DNA of 62,962 nt, filler included, from Aduncisulcus paluster (lineage: Eukaryota), in the NCBI GenBank assembly GCA_024181965.1. It is 6 parts of 6 records of this genome, joined end to end, with 100 filler letters (N's around TTAATTAATTAA, not from the genome) between each part and the next. Parts side by side here need not be neighbours in the genome. Positions count along the whole stretch, not along the records: positions 43,714 to 49,686 come from BQXS01009997.1; positions 49,787 to 56,919 come from BQXS01009998.1; 4 more parts are not named here. The stretch is one strand, 5' to 3'. Shown here piece after piece: positions 44,916 to 55,714 of this stretch. Numbering within the stretch: the first letter of the stretch is position 1; every line of letters begins with the position of its first letter. The notes beneath the pieces are model-generated. The model saw only the letters and a list, made by a program, of their open reading frames with translations. It searched no databases and was not told where the DNA came from. The position numbers were made by a program, and so were the translations under genes.

Positions 44916-45068
44916 CCATAAAGTTGGCCAAAAGAATGATTTTGAAATTGTTGAAAATTATGACCGTAGTATGGTGGAAATATTGATTATAGCATCTTAG
45001 TTTTGTTGCATTAATTATTTATCAAGGACATCTCTAGACCATACTCGAATAATCAGTCTTTTCCAGTC

Positions 45069-47249
45069 TTGGAGCAACTTTATTCAATTTGTCGCCAATC
45101 TAAGATGGAAGCCCTGGAAATTCAGTCAAAAATTTTTGAAAGGGAGCGTCTTATTGCTGAAGAAGCAATTATTATCAAAGAAAGATTGAAATATGCACTT
45201 GATTGCCTCGAAAAACAATTTGCAAAGTATAAAAAAGATAGTGAAGCTGAAATATCCGAATTAAAGAGCTCTTTAGATGAAGAAATATCGAAACGTGAGC
45301 GTATTACACGTGAGATTGCCCATGTTAATGGTGATCTTCACAGTGTCATGGTTCAGCGTGTTCAAGATGCTCAATTACAATTTCAAAAAGAAAAAGAGGC
45401 TCGAATCTGTGTAGAAAAAGATTTGGAAGGACTTAAATCCGAATTGGTCTCTAGAATTGGAATGATTGGCGATGTCGTCTCAAATGCTTCCAGATCAGAA
45501 GAAATAGCTCTACAAGCAGAAAAAACCATTAAAATATTAAATGGTGATATTTCTACTTGTAAAAATAGAATATTATCACAATCGGAAGTCATATCCACAT
45601 TAAAACAACAGAATTATCGGCTTCACCATCAATTATGCTTCAAATTAAGCAAGGAAAGTGGGAAAACCTTCAAAATTATTGATAAAATTATCACCGAAAA
45701 TGCCCATTTACATTCAGAGCTTGATCAGTGGAAATTCCGTGCTCATCAAATTTGTGAATGTGAATCTCATCTTGTTGATCAACAAGCTGAGTTTATTCTC
45801 AACAAAACAATGCAATTGGAATCTTCAAATGTTTCTCACAAAGTACAAGAGATTAAGAAATCAGGGTTAACTTATCGGTCCCAAGCTCCTGAATCATCTT
45901 TTGATCCACGTGACAAAGGTATAACGAAAGAAGAGGAAGACGAGGAAGATTCTGAAAAAGAATCATTTCATCTAAGTGATCTTGCCTCAAGGGATAGAGA
46001 AAAGATTTATAATAGACAAAAGAAAGAAGAGGAAGAGGAGGATGAGGATAAAAATGGAATGGAACGGGATATTGTCGCTCCGCAGCCATCTCATGAGATT
46101 ATCCAAGAATCTCAACTGAACTCCTCTATTATTGAGCGGATATCAAAGGTAGGAACATCATCTTCCTCCTCCTCCTCCTCTTCTTCTTCTTCTTCTTCTT
46201 CTTCTTCTTCTTCTTCCTTATTGGTGGAGGTTTGTCAATTGAAGACTCGTTTGTCCCTTGCTCGGTCTGATCTCTCACAGACTCGGGCAGCTCTATCTGT
46301 GAAGACCCAGCTCCATAAAGAAGCTAACCAGCAACTTGCCCATGTCAAAACCTTGCTCGAGGACCTTCAAAAGAAATATGAACATGAAGAAATCAACCAT
46401 CAACATGAACAGTCTCGCCTCAGTGCCCTGATTGAACTTTGTGAGTGTAAAAATGAACGGTTGCAAGCCAAAATAGACTTTATTGAGAAAGAAAAACGTG
46501 ATGTAGACATTGAAAATGAACAATTGAAACACCAGATAGATGCTTTGCAGGCTTCTCTTCGAGTGAGCAGCTCCTCGTCATCCAAGAAAGAGGAAGAATA
46601 CCTTCAGCAATTGAGTCGTTTGCATCGGGAGATATCAAGCCTTCAAAAGACGTCTCTTCATCGAGAAAAAGAATGTTCGAGCCTCCGTTCAAAAGATAAC
46701 GAGAGTATGAAGGAAATAAGTATAGGGAAAAGAAGAGTGCAATTTCTGGAGGAAGAGAAGAAAGAGAGGGAAAAGCATGTGAGTGAGCTTGAGAAAGAGT
46801 TGGTCATTATCTGGGAGCAACGTAGAAAGAACAAATCATTGATATCCGGCTACTCATCGGGCAAAAAACGGAGGATTTCTTCAACATCTTCGGCTTCTAG
46901 CTCTCAAGAAATCGAAGCGTCCGAACATCATTTGCTCGCTGGTGAGAAACAGACAGATCTAAAATTAGACGAGAAAGATGGAGAGAAAGGAGATCTTATG
47001 GGGCCGGTTAGTTCTTCAAAATCTCCATCTTCCATTGATTGGAATTTCATTGAGAAGGTTGCGAAAAAGAAGGATCAGGAAGTTTCTCAACCTTTCTTTG
47101 ATAAGGCACAATTAGTTGGAAAAGATGAAGAAATCAAGATATTAAAAGAACAATTGACTGAGCAACTCGAACAGACTATGAAATTGCGTGAAGAGATCCA
47201 TAGAATGCAGATGGAAAGGAGGAAGTTGGATGAAATACTGGAAAAGTGA
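45069..47249 (+). CDS. Long coiled-coil protein with poly-Ser tract
   Basis: 726-aa ORF, heptad-rich; start uncertain (ATG 45105 or an upstream exon). Confidence 0.75.
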   Translation: MEQLYSICRQSKMEALEIQSKIFERERLIAEEAIIIKERLKYALDCLEKQFAKYKKDSEAEISELKSSLDEEISKRERITREIAHVNGDLHSVMVQRVQDAQLQFQKEKEARICVEKDLEGLKSELVSRIGMIGDVVSNASRSEEIALQAEKTIKILNGDISTCKNRILSQSEVISTLKQQNYRLHHQLCFKLSKESGKTFKIIDKIITENAHLHSELDQWKFRAHQICECESHLVDQQAEFILNKTMQLESSNVSHKVQEIKKSGLTYRSQAPESSFDPRDKGITKEEEDEEDSEKESFHLSDLASRDREKIYNRQKKEEEEEDEDKNGMERDIVAPQPSHEIIQESQLNSSIIERISKVGTSSSSSSSSSSSSSSSSSSSSLLVEVCQLKTRLSLARSDLSQTRAALSVKTQLHKEANQQLAHVKTLLEDLQKKYEHEEINHQHEQSRLSALIELCECKNERLQAKIDFIEKEKRDVDIENEQLKHQIDALQASLRVSSSSSSKKEEEYLQQLSRLHREISSLQKTSLHREKECSSLRSKDNESMKEISIGKRRVQFLEEEKKEREKHVSELEKELVIIWEQRRKNKSLISGYSSGKKRRISSTSSASSSQEIEASEHHLLAGEKQTDLKLDEKDGEKGDLMGPVSSSKSPSSIDWNFIEKVAKKKDQEVSQPFFDKAQLVGKDEEIKILKEQLTEQLEQTMKLREEIHRMQMERRKLDEILEK

Positions 47250-47353
47250 TTCCTCTTTGAATATATAAGTACTTGATTCGAACAAATGTCGTTGATGCTG
47301 TTTTAACCTTCATTCGAAGTAAAAATTATCGCGATTTGAATGCCAAATATGAT

Positions 47354-47463
47354 CAGGGGTGTACATCTGGCGGTCACTTGAAATTGTAAAATGCAGCCAC
47401 TTGGCAGCCAATTGCAGCCAAATTTCTCGTTGGCAGCCAGCGGCTGCAAGATGTACACCCCTG
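47354..47463. mobile_element. 110-bp hAT-like MITE
   Basis: Perfect 15-bp TIRs CAGGGGTGTACATCT / AGATGTACACCCCTG; four internal GCAGCCA motifs; 8-bp flanks AATATGAT/TATATTAA match only 5/8. Confidence 0.75.
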
Positions 47464-47709
47464 TATATTAATAATATGTCATATTCAATATGATATTTGA
47501 AATATCAATAGCAATACTAGTAAATTAGTAAATATTGATATTTATCGATTAAAATATATTTTTTGCTGAAGTTTATTCGCTTCTTAATCCTGTTCAGTTT
47601 TTTGAATAGAGTTGTTAGCCGAATAAGCAAAATCAATCACAATATTCTCATATTTGTGACCGGAGTTTTTTGATTATACAAGATTTTTGTTTCTTTTTGA
47701 ATATTAATA

Positions 47710-49686
47710 ATGCCTGGTTTAATAGTTCCATTTGAAAAGCCTTCTATTTCAATAGAAGAACAAATTCAAATTCAGACCGAAGCACTTGAATTTGCAAAGA
47801 AACAGATTGCTGAATATCTTCCAGAACTTCGTTATGGTACTGTTGAATACCAGGAAAAGATTCATCAGATTGCTTCATCTCATGCAAAAACTCTCAATCG
47901 TCGATGCTCCGTGTGTGGGAAGAAGTATCTTATTGGAGCCACTATCGAACGTCGTCCTAAAGGCTTGAATGAAAAGGAAAAAGAACACCAGAAAATGGTC
48001 CAAAGGATGGTCACTTCTGGAATTTCTCCCTTTGAATGTGCTGATGGTGTTATTGAGGTTACTACTGAACAAAGAAAATTTTTGTGCTCTAAGATAAAAG
48101 GATTATTGCCCAAAGTGGCGGTTGAAGCTATTTTAGCTACTATTCCTTCAACGCCTCCTCCATCCAAAGAAATGGAGAAGACAACTCCCGATGTTGAAGA
48201 ACTCCTTGAAGAATGTGTTATTGAATCCGTAGAAGACGGTGAAAAGTCTGTGGATTCACATAAATGTGAAGTTAGCGCTCCTCCCATCCCTCAAACCTTC
48301 CGTCTTGATCGCTGTTGTTCAGTTCCTAGTTACCGTCTTGCTGTTGAACGTAAGGAAGCCAAAATGCCATTTAAACATTTTCATAACATCATAAATGCTC
48401 ATCCTGAATGCTTGTTATGCATCCATTGCAGATGGGCTCTCAACGAAAAGGTTAAAGATGGACAACGGACCATCACTCTCTCAAATGGGGAGAAAACAAC
48501 TTCTGAAGATTGGTCTAGGCGCCATTTGCTTGGAGAGAAGTGGCAACATGATTTTTCTCTTGGAGTTTTCCGTATTCTTCGTCCTGATGGTTCTGTGGAT
48601 AAATATCCCTTTACTCAGCGCCTCACATTCTATTCACCCGGTGCTTCCCCTGTCACAAATATGCTCAGTCAAATATCTATTCTTGGTGGCATGGATTATG
48701 AATCCTTTTTGCGGAAGCTGAAGACACAAGATATTACTCCCAAGGTGATACGTTGCGTCCACACATTGCCTGAATTGGCTGCTTCTTGTATTACACAGCT
48801 CCATGGAAGGAATGCTGGATGTGTTGGCCGGGATGAACTCTCTGATTGGGAGTATCTGTTTGATATGTTCCAGAATTGCTTGCGTTGGACTATGACGATA
48901 TTGTCTTCTTACAAGAAGGTTAAACAGATGTGTACAAGGAGAATATATCATTGGATTTCTGATCCATTCGGTTCTAGAGCTTTGTACAACAACTTGTTTG
49001 AAGTTCTTATTATGGCTACCCTCTGTAGAGTCCCTCGTTCACTCATAATGCGTCCAATAATGATGGTTATATTCACACAAATGGCAAGGAACTTCCCTCA
49101 TTTCCAAGGAAAGGATAAGAAGACACTGTTACGCCAGATATGGGGACATGGGAAGAACCAAATCCTCATGAGAGAATTATTTGCTGCCCTTTCGATGCTT
49201 GGACCATTCAGTTCAGGTGGCATTGACGAGATATGTAGAGAGATGGATATTTATGGTGGTTTATTTGGAGAGGATGTTTGCTTGACCACCAGAAATGATA
49301 TGATCCGTATCCTCGAAGAGATCAAGAGTCTTGAGACTGCTTGGATTCACCCTATGATCTCTCTTGGTGAGAAGGGACATATGTATGAGGAACGTGAGCT
49401 CACAGACGAGATTTTTAATTTCTTCGTGCAAGTTCTTGATCTTGTCAACAAGATCAATGCTGGTGTTGTGGCCACACACGATGATGAAATTATATTGCAA
49501 TTCATTGAGAGAAACATCAAGACCCTTGATAAGATTAAGGATAAGTCATTCGTGCAAATCACTGATTCTGGAGAAAAGCAGAGAGAGGAATCAATGCAGA
49601 AACTTTATGAAAAGCATCAAGGATATCCCGGGTTTGTAGGAGGGAAGAAATGTGGATGGTGTGGAAAAGAATTCAAATGTCGTGGT
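47710..49686 (+). CDS. Hypothetical protein with three CxxC pairs, truncated by contig end
   Basis: CSVC, CIHC and CGWC motifs; long globular-looking ORF; no family recognised. Confidence 0.75.
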
Positions 49687-49786
49687 NNNNNNNNNNNNNN
49701 NNNNNNNNNNNNNNNNNNNNNNNNNNNNNNTTAATTAATTAANNNNNNNNNNNNNNNNNNNNNNNNNNNNNNNNNNNNNNNNNNNN

Positions 49787-50691
49787 GCACGAAGTTTTTG
49801 ACAGAAACCACAAGAATCAATATGTTTCTTGCACCTTTCTCTTAATCTTGGGATGTATAACTTCATGGTTCTAATGTATTCCATCATTTTGTTGATTCCA
49901 ACATGATTGGCAAAGACATTGTCATGGGCTCCTCTCTGGGTGCACTCCCAGACTGCGTGGTTAGAATAATTACAGAACGGGCATCGAGGTGGGGAGCGTG
50001 GCTTGGGAGTTCTCTGGGCTTGGGGTGCAGTGAAATATTCATTAGGATGTCTCGGTGTTGGGCCTGATGTGGCTCTGTATGGCATAGTCGAGACTGGCTG
50101 AGAACTTGGCACATACATTGGCACATAAGAGCGTAATTGGTGACCCACAGGTGGGACTGATTGTGGAACTGGTTGTGGAGCTTGTGTGGCAGTGAAGGAC
50201 CCACTATGATATCCTGACAACACTAGTGGAGCTGGAACATCATCCCAGCTCTTCATAGCTTTGGCTTTGGTTCCATCACTTGGGGCTGCACTTGTGATAC
50301 CCATGAGTTGGTCGTGGTGAGCCTTGTAATCAAGGGCACCTCTTAAACACAGGTTTACGTATGCCTTCACGTCGTCCAAGGCTTCTGATTGGAGCTGAAA
50401 GTCACCAGTGGGGCGATATCCTGGACTTCGAGCCACTTCAACGGCTCTCTGGACCCTCTTGGTGAATGGCACTGGGCCCAGGTTTCTCACAAACAAATCA
50501 ACCATATCGCGATGGTGTGTAGGGCTATTTTTGATGATTAACCTATGCTCTTCGCATAGTTTGGTCCATTCATAGCAATACGTTAAGATTTGTGAGGCAG
50601 AGATGGATTGGCCGGTTGATTGGCACTTTATGACCTCTAATTTAGCAAGGAGGTTTGGTATAGTTGGTGCGGGGCTCTTCGGTATCTTCAT
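49787..50691 (-). CDS. Gag-like protein of a second retroelement (truncated by contig end)
   Basis: CCHC zinc knuckle 'CPFCNYSNHAVWEC' after a Pro/Gln-rich linker; ATG 50691 lies just downstream of a putative LTR. Confidence 0.65.
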
Positions 50692-50739
50692 CTTTGGAGT
50701 CCTTTGGAGCGATTGGTGCAGATTCGACAGTGTCAAATT

Positions 50740-50847
50740 TGTGATGTGTTCTTAGGAAACACTTGGAACAAATTTACTCAATAAAGAAAAACACCGGTTG
50801 ATGTCTAAAAATAGAATCTCTGAGAATGATACCTTGGGATCATAACA
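50740..50847 (-). repeat. Putative 5' LTR (108 bp) of the second retroelement
   Basis: TG..CA ends with a 6/7 inverted match (TGTGATG / CATAACA) directly upstream of the gag-like ORF; no second copy in the window. Confidence 0.45.
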
Positions 50848-50875
50848 TCCTACCCCATCTATAACAGTAGTCCCG

Positions 50876-53800
50876 TGTGGTCTAACAACCTAATAAATAT
50901 CTAATGGTGAGCCAATTTATTGATTCAAATATCATCATTGTATATTCCGGCATACATATCTTATGCCACACTGCCCTCTTTCCATCCGAACCGGGAGATT
51001 CCGAATGTCGTATCCTTCTCCCTCTATAATCATTCATAAAAGAAAAATTGCTAAAATTTTACATATCAATTAGATTCTCAATCATATAGTTCTTGAAAAT
51101 CTCTAAACCACTAACAACTTCCGCTCTCTCCCAAGACTTAACCTTTTGTCTACCTATAGCCCATTCGACCAGATAAAACATACCTTCTGGTAATCTTCGG
51201 TGTTCGATGATCTGAATAACCTTTCCATCGAACTTCTCTTTCAAGTCAATCTCTTGATTTCCAAAGAACTCCCTCAAGCTGCTTATATGCAGAACTTTCT
51301 TTACGTCCTTTGCTATTTCAATCTCATAATGGAATTTGTCGAGCTTTTTCGTTATTTTAAACGGTCCCAGCATGGATGCCTCTAATTTCTTCTTATTTTC
51401 GTTCACGACGAGGACTCTCTGTCCAACTTTGAATGCAATCTCTTCGGTCTTTCTCCTTTTTAAGATAATGTCCTGTCGGAAAATTATCTCTTGGTGAATT
51501 TTCCTCAGAAATTCTTTCAATCCTTGGGCTGTGGTTGTTGACGCTGTTTTCTCTTTAAGTAGAGTTTCCAACGTTCCTCTTCTCCCATTTGGTTCATTTA
51601 CATAGCCAAAAAGAGCAAAATGAGGTGAACAACCCAATATTCTGTGCTTTGTGTTGTTCATCACGAACTGGACATATTGAAGGACGGTGCTCCAAGAAAT
51701 GTCTCTACCGAGTTCTAACTTCGCAATTCTCATGAATGCATTGATCGTCTTATTAGCCCTCTCGACGAGCCCGTTTCCTTCGTGATGATATGGCGTGGAC
51801 ATGGATTGTTTGATTCCAAACAAATTATATATTTGTCGCATTAATGCATTGACAAATTGTTTTCCATTGTCCGAATGGACTACCCTGGGTATTCCATATC
51901 TCAGGAATATCCTCTTTATGATGGCATCGGCGGTTTCCTCCGCACGCAAACTCCTCAATGGTACCAGCTCGATGTACCTGGTAAAGTTGTCGATAAGTAC
52001 CAGAATATACTTATAACCGAAACCATCCTCCTTGTACGGACCATTGGTATCGACCGACAGGGTGTTGAAAGGATTGTATTTATATAGAGTTCCGAACTCC
52101 TTGAATGGCTCTGGATTTCTCAATTTCTGACAGATAATGCATTCTTTCGCTATCTTCTTAGCCTCTGCCTCGATTTTCTTGCCTTTCCAACCTTCTTTCT
52201 TGGCGAAGTCAATAAGTGCTTTTCCACCATCATGCCTCGCTGCATGACGCTCTTTTAGCCTCTTTTGAATGTTTTTCAACTTCTCTTCCAACTTGTCCAT
52301 CTCCAATTCTGTTGTCGATGGCATTTCTTCGGGCTCCTTACTCTTTGCCCCTTGACTCGCTTCCTCCGCGGCCTCTGCGGTGCTGACTATGCTCCTCGAC
52401 AGGAAATCCGCTTCTGAATTGTCTAATCCAGGTACGTGGACCAGTTTATGTTGGTATTCGGCGAGGTACATTTTATACCTTAGAATCGTGGATGATGGAG
52501 ACTTCTCAATAAATAATAAATTTCTGTGGTCAGTATATAATTCGAATTCGCGACCTAACAAGAACTGTCGCCATGTTTTGCAAGCCCAATATAAACCGAA
52601 AGCTTCTTGCTCAATTGTAGGCCAATTCGATTCACGTTCGTTGAATTTTCTGCTTGCATACGCTATTGTTCTTTCATTTCCATCTCCATCAATTTGTTTA
52701 AGGACTGCTCCCACGCCTAATTTCGACGCATCGGTATACACCCTTAACGATAGTTTCGGGTCGTATAACCACCGAATTTCAGCGTTTGTCACTCTCTTTT
52801 TTAATTCCACAAAAGCATTTTCGCATTCTTCGTTCCATATAAGACTTCCCGGTCCATTTGTTGCGTGGTACAGCGGTGTGGCTACGACCGCCATGTTTGG
52901 AACGAATTCTCGTACAAAGTTTAACATGCCAAGAAAAGATCTCAACTGTCTTTTCGTCTTCGGGACTGTGAACATGTTAATTAGCGTTTTCTTCGATTCA
53001 GCGATTGCCATCTTACCCTTTTCGAAGATGAAGCCCAGATATTTCACTCTAGTATTGCCGAAATTGCTTTTTTCTAAATTTAAAATGAGATTTCTCTCTT
53101 TTAATATCTTCAAGACTTTCTTCGTCCTGTCGACCAGTTCTCCCTTCGTCTTGCCTTTTATCAGGATATCGTCCAGATATATTGCGACTCCCTCACATTT
53201 TCCTACTGTTTTCTCCATAATTCTTTGAAAATGTGACGGGGCTGTCATTATCCCGAATGGCATCACATTCCATCGGAACACACCCCATGGCACGGCAAAG
53301 GTTGTTAAATCCTTACTACCTTCCTCGATCTTAACATTGTGATAACCATTCTTAAGATCAAGCTGACAGAAATATCCCGCTTCTTGGATACCTTGGAAAA
53401 GGTCGTTTTGGAGTGGGATAGGAAAAGTATCAGCTTTTATCTTTGAGTTCAGTTTCCTATAATCGATCACCAGTCTCAACTTCCCATTGTTGCACACAAC
53501 AAGGCACGGGGCGGGATTTCCAGCTTTCGTAGGTTCTATGTGCCCCCGTTGCAGTAAATCTTCAATTTCTCTTCTTGCGAATTCCTGTCGTGCGAATGGT
53601 ATCGGGTAAATATTCTGTTTCGGTGGTAGGTCGTTCTGGTCGTTCAACTCAATTTTGAATTCGTCGACCAAGGCCGTTTTGTTCACATTCACCCCTTCAT
53701 AATAGTCTGCTAATACAGGAAAAAGGTCTTTTCGAAAGTCTGGAGCTATTTTCTCCTTCATTTTCGCTTCATTAGGGATGTTTCTTATCTGTATACCAAA

Positions 53801-55591
53801 ATCTTCCGTTTCGATGTTATCACAAGATAAATTTGATAATAAATTATATTTTAAACATGTATCCCTCTTTATAATTAGTCCCGGCTGCTTTTTCCCTCTG
53901 CTCTTCACCACCAAGCACTCTTCTTTAATTACCACTCTTTTCCCATTTGCGTTTTTGATCGCAAATACAACTTCGACTTTAGAGTCGATAATCCTTTCGG
54001 ATCCATCAGCAAGTGATAAGACTATTTTACAAGGTTTCCTTTCAATTTTTAACTCTTTTACCGTCGATTCTTNNNNNNNNNNNNNNNNNNNNCTTATCTG
54101 TATACCAAAATCTTCCGTTTCGATGTTATCACAAGATAAATTTGATAATAAATTATATTTTAAACATGTATCCCTCTTTATAATTAGTCCCGGCTGCTTT
54201 TTCCCTCTGCTCTTCACCACCAAGCACTCTTCTTTAATTACCACTCTTTTCCCATTTGCGTTTTTGATCGCAAATACAACTTCGACTTTAGAGTCGATAA
54301 TCCTTTCGGATCCATCAGCAAGTGATAAGACTATTTTACAAGGTTTCCTTTCAATTTTTAACTCTTTTACCGTCGATTCTTTTATGCAGGATGCTTGCGC
54401 CCCTGTATCCAGTAGAATATCGATTTCTTTTCCCATTATCATCCCTTTTTCCTTAAATCTTGACAAATATTGATTCGAGTTTACTACTGCTTTTAGCTTT
54501 CTGCATCTAGATGTCCAGTGGCCTTTCATCTTACAGAAATCGCAGTAGGGTTGGGATTTCGGTTTACCTTGTCTGTCTTGCTTCTGTTTGTCATAATCTT
54601 TCTGCTTGTGCTTCTTGGTTTTGCTGACACCTTCTGACTTTCTTTCCGTATGAGGCTTCTTCTCTCCCTCAAACGTCTTCTGTTCTTCCTCTTTGAGTTC
54701 ATACTTCAGCATCCCCAAGCTCTTGGCTTCCTCAAACACTCCCAGAATTTCCATCCAAACTACATTCGCTTCCCTCATCAGAGTTTTAATCCCCGTAGTA
54801 GAGTTCGGCGCCTGATCCACCTTTTCGAGCATCATTACCCGCTCAGCGAATCTTGCAGGTCTAAGACCTGAAATAAACTTCTTCTTGATCTCTGGAATTA
54901 TGCCCTTGGCGTCCTTCACTCTACCGAATAACCCTGTTGCAAATCCCGTGTAATTATCAAGCGTCCACACACAATCGTCCATTTTCAATAGTTTAATGCT
55001 ATCAATCACGTCCTTCGTTGTAGATCCTCCAAATGATTCGGTAAGTTTCTGGAATAGGTCATCGTCGATTTTCTCCGAAGCTTCCTTAAGTTTCGACAAC
55101 AACTTGTCCAAATCATCTTCGGTTTTAGTTAATCTGTCTTTATACTGCTCTAATTTTTCAGCATCAGCCTCCTGATCCAGTTCCTCGATCCTTTTCTCGA
55201 TTCTCCCTTTTTCGGCCTCTTTCGCATCCACTTTATCGCTAATGTGGACTAGTCTGTCCTCTAATTTCACTAGATCTTCCAGATAAAGGGCTCTTAGGGA
55301 CTCCAATCTCCCTGGTTCAATTAGACTTGTCCATTCCTCTTGTCCACCTCTATTCCTGTAAGTTTTATATTCACTACGGAACGTTTGCCAGCTCTCCCGA
55401 CTAAGGGGACCGAGTTTTGGAGTCTTGACTTCAACAGTTAACATTTAACAAACCAATAAAAAATTTATAGATGTAATACGGAACAAGTATTAATACTGTG
55501 GTCTAACAACCTAATAAATATCTAATGGTGAGCCAATTTATTGATTCAAATATCATCATTGTATATTCCGGCATACATATCTTATGCCACA
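50876..55591 (-). mobile_element. Full-length Ty3/Gypsy LTR retrotransposon (chromovirus-like)
   Basis: Identical 95-bp LTRs (50876-50970, 55497-55591; TGTGG..CCACA); TCCCG TSD at 50871-75 and 55592-96; PPT GGAAAGAGGGCAG before the 3' LTR. Confidence 0.97.
51059..55444 (-). CDS. Single-ORF Gag-Pol polyprotein (Gag-CCHC, protease, RT, RNase H, integrase, chromo-like tail)
   Basis: CDFCKMKGHWTSRC; LLDTGA; LDLKNGY, MPFG, YLDD; YTDAS..IEQE..TDH; HHCC, SVD..SDNG..VER, GPF; 'IIEHR..YLVEW..SWE'. Contains a 309-bp in-frame gap-flank duplication (real length about 1358 aa). Confidence 0.97.
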   Translation of the reverse strand: MLTVEVKTPKLGPLSRESWQTFRSEYKTYRNRGGQEEWTSLIEPGRLESLRALYLEDLVKLEDRLVHISDKVDAKEAEKGRIEKRIEELDQEADAEKLEQYKDRLTKTEDDLDKLLSKLKEASEKIDDDLFQKLTESFGGSTTKDVIDSIKLLKMDDCVWTLDNYTGFATGLFGRVKDAKGIIPEIKKKFISGLRPARFAERVMMLEKVDQAPNSTTGIKTLMREANVVWMEILGVFEEAKSLGMLKYELKEEEQKTFEGEKKPHTERKSEGVSKTKKHKQKDYDKQKQDRQGKPKSQPYCDFCKMKGHWTSRCRKLKAVVNSNQYLSRFKEKGMIMGKEIDILLDTGAQASCIKESTVKELKIERKPCKIVLSLADGSERIIDSKVEVVFAIKNANGKRVVIKEECLVVKSRGKKQPGLIIKRDTCLKYNLLSNLSCDNIETEDFGIQIXXXXXXXXESTVKELKIERKPCKIVLSLADGSERIIDSKVEVVFAIKNANGKRVVIKEECLVVKSRGKKQPGLIIKRDTCLKYNLLSNLSCDNIETEDFGIQIRNIPNEAKMKEKIAPDFRKDLFPVLADYYEGVNVNKTALVDEFKIELNDQNDLPPKQNIYPIPFARQEFARREIEDLLQRGHIEPTKAGNPAPCLVVCNNGKLRLVIDYRKLNSKIKADTFPIPLQNDLFQGIQEAGYFCQLDLKNGYHNVKIEEGSKDLTTFAVPWGVFRWNVMPFGIMTAPSHFQRIMEKTVGKCEGVAIYLDDILIKGKTKGELVDRTKKVLKILKERNLILNLEKSNFGNTRVKYLGFIFEKGKMAIAESKKTLINMFTVPKTKRQLRSFLGMLNFVREFVPNMAVVATPLYHATNGPGSLIWNEECENAFVELKKRVTNAEIRWLYDPKLSLRVYTDASKLGVGAVLKQIDGDGNERTIAYASRKFNERESNWPTIEQEAFGLYWACKTWRQFLLGREFELYTDHRNLLFIEKSPSSTILRYKMYLAEYQHKLVHVPGLDNSEADFLSRSIVSTAEAAEEASQGAKSKEPEEMPSTTELEMDKLEEKLKNIQKRLKERHAARHDGGKALIDFAKKEGWKGKKIEAEAKKIAKECIICQKLRNPEPFKEFGTLYKYNPFNTLSVDTNGPYKEDGFGYKYILVLIDNFTRYIELVPLRSLRAEETADAIIKRIFLRYGIPRVVHSDNGKQFVNALMRQIYNLFGIKQSMSTPYHHEGNGLVERANKTINAFMRIAKLELGRDISWSTVLQYVQFVMNNTKHRILGCSPHFALFGYVNEPNGRRGTLETLLKEKTASTTTAQGLKEFLRKIHQEIIFRQDIILKRRKTEEIAFKVGQRVLVVNENKKKLEASMLGPFKITKKLDKFHYEIEIAKDVKKVLHISSLREFFGNQEIDLKEKFDGKVIQIIEHRRLPEGMFYLVEWAIGRQKVKSWERAEVVSGLEIFKNYMIENLIDM

Positions 55592-55642
55592 TCCCGAATA
55601 GAAGTGTAGTGGCGTGAGGGAAACCACAAGAAGTCTATAAAT

Positions 55643-55714
55643 TGGCGACAGTGGGGATTGAACCCAAAACCTTCTATAGGTTGAACGAAGTCATCACCAC
55701 TCAGCTATAAGACT
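55643..55714 (-). pseudogene. Degenerate tRNA-like sequence (Pol III A and B boxes)
   Basis: TAGCTGAGTGGT (A box) ... GGGTTCAATCCCCACTGTCGCCA (B box/T arm, 3' end) over 72 nt. Acceptor and D stems do not pair. Confidence 0.45.

Noticed and set aside
52380-53228. 282-aa plus-strand ORF and many other antisense or overlapping ORFs in the track
   Set aside because: Shadows of real genes on the opposite strand or frame; no independent motifs.
53784-54381. Doubled protease region in the Gypsy polyprotein
   Set aside because: Same gap-flank artifact (309-bp offset).
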